NCBI GenBank assembly: GCA_013695475.1
Contig: JACDAJ010000204.1
Coordinates: 1-63,354 of the forward strand
Direction of reading: 5' to 3'
DNA length: 63,354 bases
From: Rubrobacter sp.
GTDB lineage: Bacteria > Actinomycetota > Rubrobacteria > Rubrobacterales > Rubrobacteraceae
Below, piece by piece: positions 8,282-17,009 of this stretch. The notes below the pieces were generated by a model. That model was given only the letters and a program-made list of their open reading frames with translations, ran no database searches and had not been told where the DNA came from. Each line of letters opens with the position of its first letter. Position 1 is the stretch's first letter. Made by a program: the position numbers and the translations under genes.

Positions 8282-8319
8282 GGGACTCGCCAAACGAAAG
8301 CGGCGAGTCCCTTCTTTGT
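8282..8319. terminator. Bidirectional intrinsic terminator between the sigma gene and the M23 peptidase gene
   Basis: GGGACTCGCC-aaacgaaagc-GGCGAGTCCC, flanked by an A-run upstream and TTCTTTGTG downstream. Confidence 0.7.
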
Positions 8320-8336
8320 GTGGATCCGGGTTTATT

Positions 8337-9326
8337 TCACGGGCCGAAATTCCGTATGAGGTTGCCGGGGGGGCGCCGGATCTGGCCGCGTTCGGCGTAG
8401 CCTCGGCACGCCTGTCCTTGCACGAACTTCCAGCCGCCGATGAACCTGCCGTTGACGGGGACATACTGTGTGCCTCGGAGGAGCGCGAAGTGGACGTGGC
8501 GGCCGTATGAGGCTCCGCCGCACGACACGTCGTTTCCGGTGAGGTCGAGGATGGCTCCGACTTTTATTTGGGAACCTTGCGCGGGCTTGATGTTTTGGAT
8601 GAGATGGTAGTAATCCGTGGTGAAGCCGTTTGGGTGGTAGACGCGGATCCAACCCCGGCGGTTTCCGCACATCGTATAAACCCTCCCGCCACCGGCGGCC
8701 CTCACCCTCTGATCGTTGGCGTTCGGCCCTGCGAAGTCGAGCGCGGCGTACGGCCTGTCGTAGCCCGTGTTCCACCCGTGCGGGCCTCCGGTGAACCTCC
8801 ACACCGCCGCCTTCCGCCACGGAAGCATAAGCCCGGTTCTCAGCGGTGCGGCCGCGCTCGATGTCCGGCTCGCCTCGGAGAAGTTCCCCTTCTCGCCCTC
8901 GTCAACGACCTCCGCGGGCGCTTCGGAGGCGAGGTTCGAGAACTCCGGCGGGCCTTCGAGAGCCACCTTCCAATCGCCACCCGTATCCTCCGCGACGAAG
9001 AGCCACCCCTTCGGATAATGGCCGCGCTTCTTCGGAGCCTCGACGACTGCCGCGCCGAATGCCCATTCGCCGCCCTCCCCGCCCTCGCGCATGACGTTCA
9101 CTTGCGTGCGGTCTTGCTCCTTCACCTCCGCGAAACTCCTCGCGGACGTGTTCGACTCGACCCCCATCGCCTCGACGACCGCCGCTTCGAGGTTCTCCTC
9201 GCCGCCGGACTGAGCCTTCGCCGACACCGAGAGCGGCAAGATAAGAGCCGCCGCCAGCCCGACGAAAACCGTGAACCTCATAAGGTTCTTGCGAGACTTT
9301 ACCGGCATGGCAAATGAACTTGCCAT
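8337..9326 (-). CDS. Secreted M23-family metallopeptidase (LasA / beta-lytic protease-like)
   Basis: Signal peptide MRFTVFVGLAAALILPLSVSAKA. C-terminal domain ...YAALDFAGPN...YHPNGFTTDYYHL...GGASYGRHVHFALL. The exact start (9326, 9308 or 9281) is uncertain. Confidence 0.85.
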   Translation of the reverse strand: MASSFAMPVKSRKNLMRFTVFVGLAAALILPLSVSAKAQSGGEENLEAAVVEAMGVESNTSARSFAEVKEQDRTQVNVMREGGEGGEWAFGAAVVEAPKKRGHYPKGWLFVAEDTGGDWKVALEGPPEFSNLASEAPAEVVDEGEKGNFSEASRTSSAAAPLRTGLMLPWRKAAVWRFTGGPHGWNTGYDRPYAALDFAGPNANDQRVRAAGGGRVYTMCGNRRGWIRVYHPNGFTTDYYHLIQNIKPAQGSQIKVGAILDLTGNDVSCGGASYGRHVHFALLRGTQYVPVNGRFIGGWKFVQGQACRGYAERGQIRRPPGNLIRNFGP

Positions 9327-9330
9327 TTCC

Positions 9331-9340
9331 GGTTTAGAGG
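9331..9340. repeat. Target-site duplication, left copy (GGTTTAGAGG)
   Basis: Identical 10-mer at 10841-10850, immediately outside the IS inverted repeats. Confidence 0.75.
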
Positions 9341-10840
9341 CAATACGGTTTAGTTAAGGGGTGCGCTGACTCTCCTGGTAAGGTGAAGGAAGCACCACCA
9401 ACCTTCTCTCTGCCAAGGAGCCAGCGCATGTCATTAAGAATACGCCACATCGCCCCCGATGCCACCCCGGGCTCGAAACTCTCGCTCGAAGACCTCGCCC
9501 GGGTGCTCCGACCGGAGATCCTCTCAGACGTCCTCCACGAGTGCAAAGCTCACGAGCAGCGCACTCGCAAGTTGCCTGCCGCCACCGTCGTGCTAGTGTG
9601 CGTGGCCATGAATCTGTACACCACCGATTGTCTCGCCCACGTCTTTTTCCGCTTGGTTAGCGGGCTGCGATGGCTGCTGTCCGACCCCGGCGCCTCGCGG
9701 GTGAGCAAGGGGGCATTGTGCCAGGCCCGCTACCGTCTGGGAGCCCGGCCTCCGGTGGCGCTCTTTAAGCGGGTCTGCGCCAAGCCGCTGGCCGTGCCGA
9801 ACACCCCGGGGGCGTTCCTTTTTGGGCTGCGCCCGATGGCCCTTGACGGCACGACATTGGACGTGCCCGACACACCGCACAACGTTCGCGCCTTCGGTAA
9901 GCCCGGCGCCTCGCGGGGAACGAGTGCCTGGCCGCAGGTGCGGGTGGTTGCCCTGAGCGAATGCGCTACCCACGCCATCTTGGATGCGGGAGTCTGGCGC
10001 CACGACGTCGACGAACGCGATGCCGGGCGTCGGCTGATGCGCAGCGTGGGACCGGGGACGTTGCTGCTTTGGGACCGGGGTTTTCACAGCTTTACGATGG
10101 TCAAAGCGGCCCTCGCCAGGGGACCTGGCACCCACCTGCTGGGACGCCTGCCCGCCACGGTCAAACCGAAGGTGCTCCGCACACTCGCGGACGGTACGCA
10201 GCTGGTTCGCTTGCGACCGGCCGGCTACTATAGAGGGCACAGGCGAGCAGAACAGCTTACGGTGCGCTTGCTCCGCTACACCCTGGATGATCCCAACCGT
10301 CCCGGCCATCGGATCGAGCACCGCCTGATCACCTCGCTGCTCGATCCCGAGGACGCCCCCGCCGAGGAACTGGTGCTCGCCTACCACGCCCGCTGGGAGT
10401 TCGAACTGGCTGTCGATGAGATAAAGACTCACCAACGCCCGCCCCAACAACCGCTGCGCTCCCAGAAACCGGTGGGCGTCATACAAGAGATCTACGGGCT
10501 TCTGGTGGCCCACTACGTGATCCGAGCCGTCATGGTAGAGGCGGCGCGAACGGTGGCGCCGCCGCCGAGCCGCTTGAGCTTCACTGCTACGCTGCGCATC
10601 ATCCGCGAGATGGTGCCAGAGGCGCAACGCACCGCCGCTGCGGACCATCCGCGCCTCTACCGACAGCTGCTAGCGGACATAGTCGCAACACCCTTACCGC
10701 CACGAGCGAGCCGTAGTAATCCCCGCGTGGTCAAAAGGAAGATGTCCAACTTCGGGGTCAAGAACCCCTCCCATCGGTATTGGCCTCAGCCGACAAAATC
10801 CTTCCGCGAGGCGGTGGTTCTCCTTAACTAAACCGTATTG
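9341..10840 (+). mobile_element. IS4-family insertion sequence (1500 bp), apparently intact
   Basis: Perfect 19-bp terminal inverted repeats: CAATACGGTTTAGTTAAGG at 9341-9359 and its reverse complement at 10822-10840. Single transposase ORF, flanked by a 10-bp direct repeat. Confidence 0.85.
9428..10831 (+). CDS. IS4-family DDE transposase
   Basis: ORF 9383..10831. The ATG at 9428 follows AAGGAG. N-terminal IS4-type domain (LEDLARVL...KLPAATVVLVCVAMNLY) and a DDE region ending ...YHARWEFELAVDEIKTH. Confidence 0.85.
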   Translation: MSLRIRHIAPDATPGSKLSLEDLARVLRPEILSDVLHECKAHEQRTRKLPAATVVLVCVAMNLYTTDCLAHVFFRLVSGLRWLLSDPGASRVSKGALCQARYRLGARPPVALFKRVCAKPLAVPNTPGAFLFGLRPMALDGTTLDVPDTPHNVRAFGKPGASRGTSAWPQVRVVALSECATHAILDAGVWRHDVDERDAGRRLMRSVGPGTLLLWDRGFHSFTMVKAALARGPGTHLLGRLPATVKPKVLRTLADGTQLVRLRPAGYYRGHRRAEQLTVRLLRYTLDDPNRPGHRIEHRLITSLLDPEDAPAEELVLAYHARWEFELAVDEIKTHQRPPQQPLRSQKPVGVIQEIYGLLVAHYVIRAVMVEAARTVAPPPSRLSFTATLRIIREMVPEAQRTAAADHPRLYRQLLADIVATPLPPRASRSNPRVVKRKMSNFGVKNPSHRYWPQPTKSFREAVVLLN

Positions 10841-10850
10841 GGTTTAGAGG
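10841..10850. repeat. Target-site duplication, right copy (GGTTTAGAGG)
   Basis: See 9331-9340. Confidence 0.75.
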
Positions 10851-11048
10851 GACTTCCCCCCGCGTGCGTTCCGTTCATGATCTTTTGCCCCCTCCTGACG
10901 TGAAGCGTTTTCTATGCTCCGGCAGACCGAGAGCCGGAACCTTGGACGCCATTTACATACGATTTATCGGCCATGTCAAGAGAAGGCTTTAATATTGCCC
11001 CGATTCGCGGGAAAATAACCGCCGCCGACGGAAGCCGAAGGGAGATTT

Positions 11049-11984
11049 GTGGAGAAGAGAGAGAACACCGCCGATCACAGCGACAAACTTTTCGAGGAGG
11101 TGGGCGGGATGGTCGAGAAAGGCTTCCCGACCATCCACGCCGAGTCCCACCGAACCGAATCTGGGACGCCATATTTGAAATCGCCGGGCGTCGTCATGAT
11201 CTCGAAGCCGAACACGAACATCGAAGGCATGCGCCCCTTCCTCGAAGGCTTCGACCCCGAACTCCAATTTCCGGGCTATCTCGACGACCCGACCGAACTC
11301 CCCGACTCCTCGCAACTTTGCAAAACGGCCGGACAAAATTGCTACGCGAGCTTCGGCCCGCGCCGCACGACGAACGAGAACGCCGCCTCATACTTCGAGC
11401 GGTTGACTTCCGCCGGACATGGCTCGGTTTTGGAGCATTCCAACTTCAGCTTTCTTCTCTATGGCATAAGCCGGAGCGTCACCCACGAACTCGTACGGCA
11501 CAGATCCGGACTCGGAGTCAGCCAAATTTCACAACGGTACGTTTCCGGCTCCGTCCTCCGATTCGTCGAGCGCCCGGAGTACCAAAATGATGAGGAGCTT
11601 CATCGGCTTTTCGAGGAGCGCGCCGACCGGGCCGCCGCCGAATACGATGCGATGGCCGAGACCCTCCTCGAAAAACAAGAGGGCGGCGCGGCGGCGCTCT
11701 CGGCGGACTATAAAACCGACGCGAGGAAGAAAGTCCAGCAAACCGCGCGTTCCCTCCTCCCGAACGAGACCGAGGCTCCGATGGTGTGGACGGGCAACGT
11801 GAGGGCTTTGCGCCACGTCATCGAGATGCGGGCCGACGCGCACGCCGAGTCGGAGATACGCGCCCTCGCGCTCCGGATATTTTTGTGCCTCCAAAAAGCC
11901 GACCCGATCCTCTTCGGAGACTACGAACTCAAAGAGCTCCCGGACGGGACGTTCATGGTGAACACGCCCCACAGGAAGGCATAG
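11049..11984 (+). CDS. thyX: FAD-dependent thymidylate synthase
   Basis: ThyX signature ...HGSVLEHSNFSFLLYGISRSVTHELVRHRSGLGVSQISQRY... GTG start at 11049; an N-terminal extension makes the exact start uncertain. Confidence 0.9.
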   Translation: MEKRENTADHSDKLFEEVGGMVEKGFPTIHAESHRTESGTPYLKSPGVVMISKPNTNIEGMRPFLEGFDPELQFPGYLDDPTELPDSSQLCKTAGQNCYASFGPRRTTNENAASYFERLTSAGHGSVLEHSNFSFLLYGISRSVTHELVRHRSGLGVSQISQRYVSGSVLRFVERPEYQNDEELHRLFEERADRAAAEYDAMAETLLEKQEGGAAALSADYKTDARKKVQQTARSLLPNETEAPMVWTGNVRALRHVIEMRADAHAESEIRALALRIFLCLQKADPILFGDYELKELPDGTFMVNTPHRKA

Positions 11985-12072
11985 CATCGAAGGCGTCCTC
12001 GATCCCCAAACCGTCGGAGAGATACTCGCCCTCATAGAGAGGTACGGATACTTTTTCGTTCTCCTCGGGGCG

Positions 12073-12513
12073 ATGCTCCAGAGTGTCGGGCTTCCCCTCC
12101 CCGCCCAAACCGTTCTCCTCACCGCCGGGGTCATGGCCGGGCAAGGAATACTCGACCCCTTTTTCGCGATGGCGTTCGGGGTGTCGGGCGCGATCCTCGG
12201 CAGCCAGGCCGGATACCTCATCGGACGAAAAGGCGGTCGCCCGTTCGTGCTTCGATGGGGGAAATACCCCGGCGCGACCGAAGAACGGCTCGACCGGGCG
12301 GAGGCGTTCTTCGGGAAGCACGGAAGGCGGGCGGTCTTCGTCGCCCGCTTCGTCCCCGTCCTCAAAACCTTCGGATACCTCGCCGCCGGGGTCATAAAAA
12401 TGCCGCATGCGGTCTTCTTCCGATACGATCTCCTCGGGACGACGCTGTGGGCCGCCGTCTCGATACTCGCCGGATACCTCATCTCCGAAAGCGTCATGTC
12501 GCTCATCGAGTGA
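12073..12513 (+). CDS. DedA-family membrane protein (conserved N-terminus appears to extend upstream to ~11986 without a canonical start)
   Basis: MLQSVGLPLPAQTVLLTAGVMAG...FVARFVPVLKTFGYLAAGV. The in-frame upstream codons read IEGVLDPQTVGEILALIERYGYFFVLLGA, which looks like genuine DedA sequence. Confidence 0.8.
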   Translation: MLQSVGLPLPAQTVLLTAGVMAGQGILDPFFAMAFGVSGAILGSQAGYLIGRKGGRPFVLRWGKYPGATEERLDRAEAFFGKHGRRAVFVARFVPVLKTFGYLAAGVIKMPHAVFFRYDLLGTTLWAAVSILAGYLISESVMSLIE

Positions 12514-12800
12514 GAAAAGCCGGGAGCGGGGTGGCACTCGCTCCGCTCGCTTCGGGGGTCGGGAATGAGGAAAGCCCGGAGGACGCTTCGCTCCGTGGAG
12601 TGGGAAAGCTCGGTGGCGACGACCCTCTCACGGAACCATACTCCACCCCCGGTGCGAGTCCCCTCCGCCCGGAAGGAGAAAGCCCTTCGAAAAAGCCGAG
12701 CCACGCGAACCACACGAAGGGAGCCGGAGGCGAACCGAACTCCCGACTCCCGCGCTTTCCGTATATGATTCACGCCATAAACCTTATGAAAGGGGCGGAG

Positions 12801-13160
12801 ATGGCGAAGACTTTCGAGGAGATGGTGGCCGAGGCGAGGCGGGCCGCCGATCAGAGAAGCGTAGAAGAAGTGCGCGAGGCGATGAAGTCCGGGGAGCAAA
12901 TAACGATCCTCGACGTCCGAGAGCCAGCCGAATGGGAGGACGCCCACATCACCGAGGCGAAGCTCATCCCGCGCGGCCTCCTCGAATACATGGCCGCCGA
13001 CGAGCTCCCGGATAAGGAAGCCCTCATCGTCGTCCACTGCGCGACCGGGGGCCGGAGCGCGCTCGCCGCCAAAACCCTCAAAGAGATGGGGTACGAGAAC
13101 GCCGCGAACATGGACGGCGGCATCACCGCCTGGCGGGAGCGTGGCTACGAAGTCGAGTGA
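12801..13160 (+). CDS. Rhodanese-like sulfurtransferase domain protein
   Basis: The ATG at 12801 follows AAAGGGGCGGAG. Active-site loop HCATGGRS. ...ITILDVREPAEWEDAHI... Confidence 0.8.
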   Translation: MAKTFEEMVAEARRAADQRSVEEVREAMKSGEQITILDVREPAEWEDAHITEAKLIPRGLLEYMAADELPDKEALIVVHCATGGRSALAAKTLKEMGYENAANMDGGITAWRERGYEVE

Positions 13161-13165
13161 ACGGC

Positions 13166-13231
13166 CGATTCGCGGCTCCCGATTTGCGGCTCCCGATTCG
13201 CGGCTCCCGATTCGCGGCTCCCGATTCGCGC
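13166..13231. repeat. 14-bp tandem repeat CGATTCGCGGCTCC, about 4.7 copies
   Basis: Read directly: CGATTCGCGGCTCC CGATTTGCGGCTCC CGATTCGCGGCTCC CGATTCGCGGCTCC CGATTCGCGC, starting 6 bp after the rhodanese stop. Confidence 0.9.
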
Positions 13232-13275
13232 GAAACGAGGCGCTTCGCCACCCGCCCCCGAAAACCGGAGCCATT

Positions 13276-13296
13276 CCCCCGGAACCCGTATGAGCC
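13276..13296. repeat. Dispersed repeat family R2 copy (CCGGRWYCCGTAT orientation)
   Basis: cccccggaacccgtatgagcc; compare tcacccggattccgtatgaggc at 58101. Confidence 0.45.
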
Positions 13297-13537
13297 ATGA
13301 GACGCCTCCTCCGGGGCGGAGGTTCTTATAATTGCCTTCGAGCTATGTTTGACCTTCGATCCGATGGATCGCCGCGGATCCCGCCCGCCGCTCCGGGCCG
13401 ACCCGCCCGGAAACGCGGGCTTCCCGCCCCACAACTCAGTCGCGCCCGCATGCGGACGAGATGCTCGCGCCCCCGGAGAAAGGCCGTCTCCCCCCCGAAT
13501 TCGGCTTCGGGACACTCGAACTCCCGGCATTCGCCCC

Positions 13538-14686
13538 ATGACGCGCCCACTCTCCGCCGTACTTTCGGCGTTCGCCTTCTTCGGGACTTTTTGGGGCGTG
13601 TTCGCCGTGCTTCTCGCAGATTTGACTCGCGCACTCGACCTCTCTCCGGGGCCGCTCGGGGTGGCTCTTTTCGTTGGCGCGCTCGCCTCGATCCTTTCGA
13701 TGGCCGCCTTCGGATGGACTTCGGACATCCTCGGGAGACGACTTTTCATCGTCCTCTCGGCGGCGGTGTTCGGAATGGGCATCGTCGGCCTCGCGCTCGC
13801 CGGAAACTATGGCATGCTCATCGCCGCGCTCGTGGTTTTGTATGCCTCGTCCGGGCTTTTCGATGTCGGGATAAACGCCGCCGCGGTGGACGTCGAGCGG
13901 GTTTCGGGGCGGAGGGTCATGGCTTATTTCCACGCCTCTTTCAGCGCGGGCGGCTTCCTCGGAGCCGTCTCCGCCGGAATTTTATTGTCCGCCGGACTGC
14001 GGTATGAGTTCGTATATCTCATCGTCCTCGTCCCACTCGCCGCCATAATGGCCGCCCTCGTCACGACGAATTTTCCATCCTCCGGTGAAAGTTCGGAGAG
14101 TTCGGCGTCTCCGGCGTCTCTGAGCGGACGATACGCGCTCTTCGCGAACGGCCCGCTCCTTCTCGTCGCGGCCATCGCCACGCTCGGGCTTCTCTCCGAG
14201 GGCGAGATGGAGCATTGGTCGGGGATATACCTTCGGGAGACGCTCGGCCTCTCCGCCCTCGTCGGCGGCTCCGGCGTCGCCGTGTTCTTCGGAGCGATGG
14301 CCGTCGGACGACTCGGCGCGGCATGGGCCATAGAAAAGTTCGGGAACCGGGCGACACTCCTCGTCGCGGGTTCGCTCACCGCCTTCGGAATGACGACCTC
14401 GCTCGCCACGACCGAGCCTTTCCTCGTCGTCGCGGGATTCCTCTTCGTCGGCCTCGCGCTCTCCGCCGTCGTTCCCATCGCTTTCTCGATGGCCGGGGAC
14501 CTCGCCCCCGAAAAAGCCGGAGCCGCCGTCTCCGTCGTCACGACGCTCGGATACGGCGGGTTTTTGATGGGTCCCGTCTTCGTCGGCGGGCTGGCGGAGG
14601 TTTTCGGGCTGCGGCTCGCGCTCGCGACGATCTCGGTCGCGGGGGTGGCGATCTTCATTCTGTCGCTGAGGCTGAGGAAGGTTTGA
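13538..14686 (+). CDS. MFS transporter
   Basis: ATG at 13538 within ORF 13349..14686. About 12 hydrophobic segments: MTRPLSAVLSAFAFFGTFWGVFAVLLADL... Confidence 0.85.
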   Translation: MTRPLSAVLSAFAFFGTFWGVFAVLLADLTRALDLSPGPLGVALFVGALASILSMAAFGWTSDILGRRLFIVLSAAVFGMGIVGLALAGNYGMLIAALVVLYASSGLFDVGINAAAVDVERVSGRRVMAYFHASFSAGGFLGAVSAGILLSAGLRYEFVYLIVLVPLAAIMAALVTTNFPSSGESSESSASPASLSGRYALFANGPLLLVAAIATLGLLSEGEMEHWSGIYLRETLGLSALVGGSGVAVFFGAMAVGRLGAAWAIEKFGNRATLLVAGSLTAFGMTTSLATTEPFLVVAGFLFVGLALSAVVPIAFSMAGDLAPEKAGAAVSVVTTLGYGGFLMGPVFVGGLAEVFGLRLALATISVAGVAIFILSLRLRKV

Positions 14687-14738
14687 GAGATTCGGAGGAG
14701 GAATCCCGAACAAACGACGGGTCGCTCGTACGGAACCT

Positions 14739-14760
14739 TCGCCCGGATTCCGTATCACTC
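14739..14760. repeat. Dispersed repeat family R2 copy
   Basis: tcgcccggattccgtatcactc, with an upstream partner GTACGGAA forming the hairpin TACGGAA/TTCCGTA (14727-14757). The stop codon of the minus-strand VOC gene lies inside it. Confidence 0.6.
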
Positions 14761-15073
14761 CGAGAGACGTATGTTCAAACATCCGACAAAGTTCGGTGAG
14801 ATTCCGATCTCGTCCTCCGAAACATCGCTCGTCATTCCCCGCTTATCGAGAAAGCTCCGCGCCCGCTCCAATGAAGCGACTTCGAGGACGAGCGAAAGAA
14901 GCTCGTTCCTCTCGTGCGCCACGATTCGGATTCCCGGCCCTGTCCGTCCGGTCGCCATAGTCCGGCTCCGATCTCTTCTTGCGGAGACAGCCGGAAAGAA
15001 GGTCGGCGAGCGGCCTCGGATCTCCGTCCCGGATCATTATATGATCCACACGGCGGACGATGGGGCGAGCCAT
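14755..15073 (-). pseudogene. VOC/glyoxalase-like gene split over two frames (frameshift or sequencing error)
   Basis: The N-terminal piece (ORF 14843..15073) starts MARPIVRRVDHIMIRDGDPRPLADLL. The C-terminal piece (ORF 14755..14958) reads ...RIVAHERNELLSLVLEVASLERARSFLDKRGM... The total span is 319 nt, not a multiple of 3. Confidence 0.45.
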
Positions 15074-15082
15074 GACCGTTCT

Positions 15083-16798
15083 TTATTCCCCCCGGACCGC
15101 CCGCGCGAGCTTCTCGTCCGCCGCTTCGATCTCCTCGTCCTCGATCCTCGCAAACAGCGGCTTCGCCCCGGATGTTCCATACGAATCCGGGAGGTCGAGG
15201 TCGGTGATGCGCTCCATCGGGCCGTCGAAGAAGGTTCGCAGTCTTTCCATCGCATCCGGCACGTATGGCGAGGCGTGGTATGCGATGGAGCCGAGCATGG
15301 CGCAGCAAACGTACAAGTTCGCGCCCGTGAGTTCCATGTCTTCTTTTCGCGTCTTCCACGGCGCCGAGGCGTCGAAGAAACGGTTCGCGCTCCGCCCCAT
15401 CGCGAGGAGCTCCGAAAGCGCTTCGCGGGGTCGTTCGTCGAGCATGCGGGATTCGTACCGGGCTTCGATCTCCTTGAAATCCGAGAACGCCGCGAGCGCG
15501 CCGTCCGGCAAATTCTCCGGCCTTTTCAACTCGCCGTCGAAGTATTTCCCGACGAACGAGAGAACCCGGTTCACGTAGTTTCCGAGGTTCCCGATGAGTT
15601 CGGAGTTCACCCGGCCCTGGAAATCCCGCCACGAGAAATTCACGTCCGCCGTCTCCGGCAACGTCGAGGCAAGATAGAAACGGAGCGGGTCGGCAGGGAA
15701 TTTGTCGAGGGCTTCGTGGAGCCACACGGCCAAATTCCGGCTCGTTGACATTTGCATGGCGCGGCGTTCGCCTTCCACGGGAACCTCGAGGTTCATGAAT
15801 TCGTTGGCGGGGACGTCGTATGGGAGGGCGTATGGTTCTTCGCCGCCCTCGGCGACGCCCATGAGTTGGGCGGGCCACATTGTTGTGTGGAAGACTGTGT
15901 TGTCTTTGCCGATGAAGTGGATCATCTTCGTGTCCGGCTCCTGCCAATACTCTCGCCACTTGTCTGGCTCGCCGATCCTCTCGGCCCACTCCATCGTCGA
16001 AGATATATAGCCGATGTGGGCATCGAACCACACATAAAAACGCTTGTCCTCGAAGCTGGGTTCGGGGACGGGAACACCCCACGATATATCGCGTGTGATC
16101 GGGCGTTTCTCCAGCCCGGCGTTTATGAAGCCGAGGATGAAATTCTTGACGGATGTGCGCCAATGCTCCTGCCCGGAGATGTACTCCGTCAGCCGTTCGG
16201 AGAACTTCGGGAGGTCGAAATAAAGGTGCGTCGTCTCCCGCACCTCGACCGGGCCGCCCGTTATTTTCGAGTGCGGCTCGATGAGTTCATACGCCTCATA
16301 CCAGCTTCCGCAATTATCACATTGGTCGCCGCGAGCCTCTTTGTACCCGCACACCGGACACGTCCCCTCGACGTATCTGTCCGGCAGGAACCTTCCCTCG
16401 GTCGCGCTGTACATTTGCTTCGACTCGGCCTCGGAGATGTATCCTCCGGACTTCAGTTTTTCGTAAAAGTGGCGGGTGTTTTCGGCGTGAATTTCGGTGG
16501 AGGTGTGCGAGAAGTTGTCGAAGGAGATGCCGAAGCGGTCGAAGGTCTCTTTCATGTGCGCCCACCAGAAATCCACGACCTCCTTCGGGCTTTTCCCCTC
16601 GCGCTCGGCGGTGAGTGTGATCGGGACCCCGTGGTCGTCGGTGCCGCAAACGTACACGACATCCTCGCCGCGCATTCGGAGATAGCGCACAAAAATGTCG
16701 GCGGGCAAATACGCGCCGGAAATCTGCCCGACGTGAAGCGGCCCGTTGGCGTACGGCAACGCGGAAGTTACAAGGTAACGCTGTGTGTTCTCGCTCAT
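15083..16798 (-). CDS. metG: Methionine--tRNA ligase
   Basis: MSENTQRYLVTSALPYANGPLHVGQISGAYLPADIFVRYLRMRG..., zinc knuckle CPVCGY...CDNCG, and a KMSKS-like MQMSTSRN. Confidence 0.95.
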   Translation of the reverse strand: MSENTQRYLVTSALPYANGPLHVGQISGAYLPADIFVRYLRMRGEDVVYVCGTDDHGVPITLTAEREGKSPKEVVDFWWAHMKETFDRFGISFDNFSHTSTEIHAENTRHFYEKLKSGGYISEAESKQMYSATEGRFLPDRYVEGTCPVCGYKEARGDQCDNCGSWYEAYELIEPHSKITGGPVEVRETTHLYFDLPKFSERLTEYISGQEHWRTSVKNFILGFINAGLEKRPITRDISWGVPVPEPSFEDKRFYVWFDAHIGYISSTMEWAERIGEPDKWREYWQEPDTKMIHFIGKDNTVFHTTMWPAQLMGVAEGGEEPYALPYDVPANEFMNLEVPVEGERRAMQMSTSRNLAVWLHEALDKFPADPLRFYLASTLPETADVNFSWRDFQGRVNSELIGNLGNYVNRVLSFVGKYFDGELKRPENLPDGALAAFSDFKEIEARYESRMLDERPREALSELLAMGRSANRFFDASAPWKTRKEDMELTGANLYVCCAMLGSIAYHASPYVPDAMERLRTFFDGPMERITDLDLPDSYGTSGAKPLFARIEDEEIEAADEKLARAVRGE

Positions 16799-16825
16799 GG
16801 GCGAAAGAATAGCATTTCGGGGAAC

Positions 16826-16985
16826 GTTTCAGGCATCGGGTTTCGGGCTTCAGCAAACCGTGGAAGGAGATGCCTCGTCTCGGATACGAAACTGCCCGGA
16901 AGCTCCGCTTTCCACGGGGCGTTTTCGCCGTCGGAGCCGAATCTCGCCGAAGCTCTCCGAAACCCATACGCCTGACACCCGAAAC
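16826..16985. repeat. About 160-bp imperfect long inverted-repeat (hairpin/MITE-like) element in the metG-dut divergent intergenic region
   Basis: Outer arms GTTTCAGGCATCGGGTTTCGGG (16826-16847) and CCGAAACCCATACGCCTGACACCCGAAAC (16957-16985). Inner arms CCGTGGAAGG (16859-16868) and CTTTCCACGG (16910-16919). Confidence 0.55.
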
Positions 16986-17009
16986 TTGAAAAGCTAATAT
17001 TCCTCCCCG

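Noticed and set aside
13166-13231. Tandem repeat considered as a possible CRISPR array.
   Set aside because: The units are 14 bp and directly abutting, with no spacers. There are no cas genes in the window.
11529-13298. Very long minus-strand ORF (589 aa). Similar giants are at 27652-29430 (592 aa), 30682-32574 (630 aa), 40578-42575 (665 aa), 50356-52188 (610 aa), 42777-43949, 14832-16163 and 16317-17879.
   Set aside because: All are antisense or out-of-frame shadows of strongly recognisable genes (thyX/dedA/rhodanese, lpd, lipA/lipB, LLM/acnA, MT-SDR, metG). Their translations are Arg/Pro/Gly-rich low-complexity sequence, typical of stop-poor frames in high-GC DNA.
16799-17009. T-box leader upstream of metG.
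   Set aside because: No T-box consensus (AATTAGGGTGGTACCGCG-like) or specifier/antiterminator arrangement is visible on the minus strand. The structure is instead one long inverted repeat.
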